Part shown: in pieces, positions 62,960-64,000 of the stretch
How the letters are laid out: each line of letters begins with the position of its first letter
Numbering within the stretch: position 1 is the first letter of the stretch
NCBI GenBank assembly: GCA_039621445.1
Contig: CP154954.1
Span: 47,781,847 to 47,845,846 of the forward strand
Length of the DNA stretch: 64,000 bases
From: Euglena gracilis
Lineage: Eukaryota
Direction: 5' to 3'
The notes under the pieces: model-generated
Database searches by the model: none
The model's input: only the letters and a program-made list of their open reading frames with translations
Told to the model about the DNA's origin: nothing
Made by a program: the position numbers and the translations under genes

Positions 62960-63800
62960 ACACACACACACACGCGCGCGCGCGCACACACACACACAGA
63001 CGACAGACAAATGTGGGTGGGATGGGTGCACGTGCATGACTGACATTGGGTTCATGTCAGACATACACTTAATGTGTTCACAAAGACTTGGTGGACACAA
63101 ATTGTATTTGGAGAACCAAAATGAATACAACAAAACTCTTGTGAACACATGGGAACACACAAAAAAGTTCGTTGAACACAAAAAAATTGATAACATGTAA
63201 AGTGAATAGATTAGATTGCCGCAATGGGTTCTACTCCCCGTGCCGTCTGGTGGTTTTTTTTAAGTCTGGGGCGGGCTAACCAGGCCCCCCCCCACCCCTC
63301 CCCAGGGGAGGGGGATCGAGGAACCAAACTTGAAGAAAAAAAACTTGGTGCCATCCGGGGCGGGAGAAAAGGAAGAAATCGGATCTGCGGAGAGTTAAAA
63401 AAATGTTCATTTGCTTTGACTCAGTAAAATAATTTTTTTATGGTGAACGCATGATACACAGAAAAATTTGGGTGAACACACTAACTGAATGTCTGGTTCA
63501 TGTGTGACGTGCAAAATCAACTGCACATACCTGTTGATGTGGAATTCAGTTTTTCCGGGAGAAGGTAGGAAGGCAGACCTAAAATCCAGGCTGCCCGGGA
63601 TCGCTTCGCTTCGGACGCTGCCCTTCGCCAGGCTGGACTCCGACTTCTGGAGTTCCATCACGGCGTGGGAGTACATTCGGGACAAGGCGGGAGGCTCGCA
63701 GGGAGGGCGGCCTGCCTGGGAGCTGCCCATTTGGTGTCCCTGTGGCCGGGAGGCCCACCTGAACAGAGTGCACCTTGCCGAAAAGCAACCCGGAACGTTT
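55765..63800 (-). CDS. Further hydrophobic/coding exons, probably the N-terminal multi-pass membrane region of the same histidine kinase (gene assignment uncertain)
   Basis: GC3-rich open stretches at ~55765-55885, 57730-57900 (LRLLLFVALLLALVLAGAW), 59570-59720 (VLIVQMALLL...VYQLAVLIQ), 59990-60190, 60678-60830 (YWLLASGAVGTLSVVWSWLTLAL, followed by a GTGAG donor), 61260-61400, 62600-62770 and 63590-63800. All share the kinase strand. Junctions were not fully traced. Confidence 0.55.
58260..59406. mobile_element. MITE family D
   Basis: TIR CAAGCACCTCTG...CAGAGGTGCTTG; perfect TSD GTCCGGAC. Same internal minisatellite as 22220-23682. Confidence 0.93.
62826..62998. repeat. (CA)n microsatellite
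   Basis: Read directly. Others at ~13335-13460, ~30050-30096, ~38880-39030, ~42309-42400 (CAA/CAG) and ~46315-46532 (CAACA/CAACG). Confidence 0.97.
63058..63495. mobile_element. MITE related to family C
   Basis: CAGACATACACTTAATGTGTTCAC...GTGAACACACTAACTGAATGTCTG; perfect TSD GTTCATGT. Confidence 0.87.
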
Positions 63801-64000
63801 GTGGCACTTGCTGTGCTTCTGAATTGAAAGAGGGATGATCCACACACCGAGCCACAACAACCCCCACCCAACAAAAACCACCCACCCGCCCACACACCCA
63901 CTCACCCACACCCACACCCACACCCATTCACCCACACCCACACTCGCAACCCGGCCAGCCTAGCAGCTCCAGCCGGGAGGACTGGTTGAGCTGCTCTTTT

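Overview
Eukaryotic nuclear DNA that is GC-rich, intron-rich and repeat-rich. The intron style and the embedded mitochondrial insert point to a euglenid such as Euglena (inference). Three split genes lie on the minus strand: (1) a NudC/NUDT12-type NADH pyrophosphatase ending in a PTS1-like CKL*, (2) a SAM plus three BAG-like domain protein, and (3) a large membrane-bound hybrid histidine kinase (TM - HisKA - HATPase - degenerate REC - REC). The genes mix GT-AG, apparent GC-AG and many non-canonical introns whose ends base-pair, with CAG-like at +4..+6 and CTG-like at -8..-6. Introns and intergenic DNA carry at least ten TIR elements that start CAG/CAA/CAT, end CTG/TTG and are flanked by 8-bp target-site duplications. 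Main observation: the 3 + 5 nt outside the intron stem equal one 8-bp TSD, and one kinase intron (54039-55151) is itself a complete element with its TSD still visible. These MITEs therefore look like intron-generating elements for non-canonical introns. A ~3 kb AT-rich NUMT (about 33620-36790) carries LSU rRNA domain V. All exon junctions were derived by hand without transcript data, and the long G/C homopolymers may contain sequencing errors.
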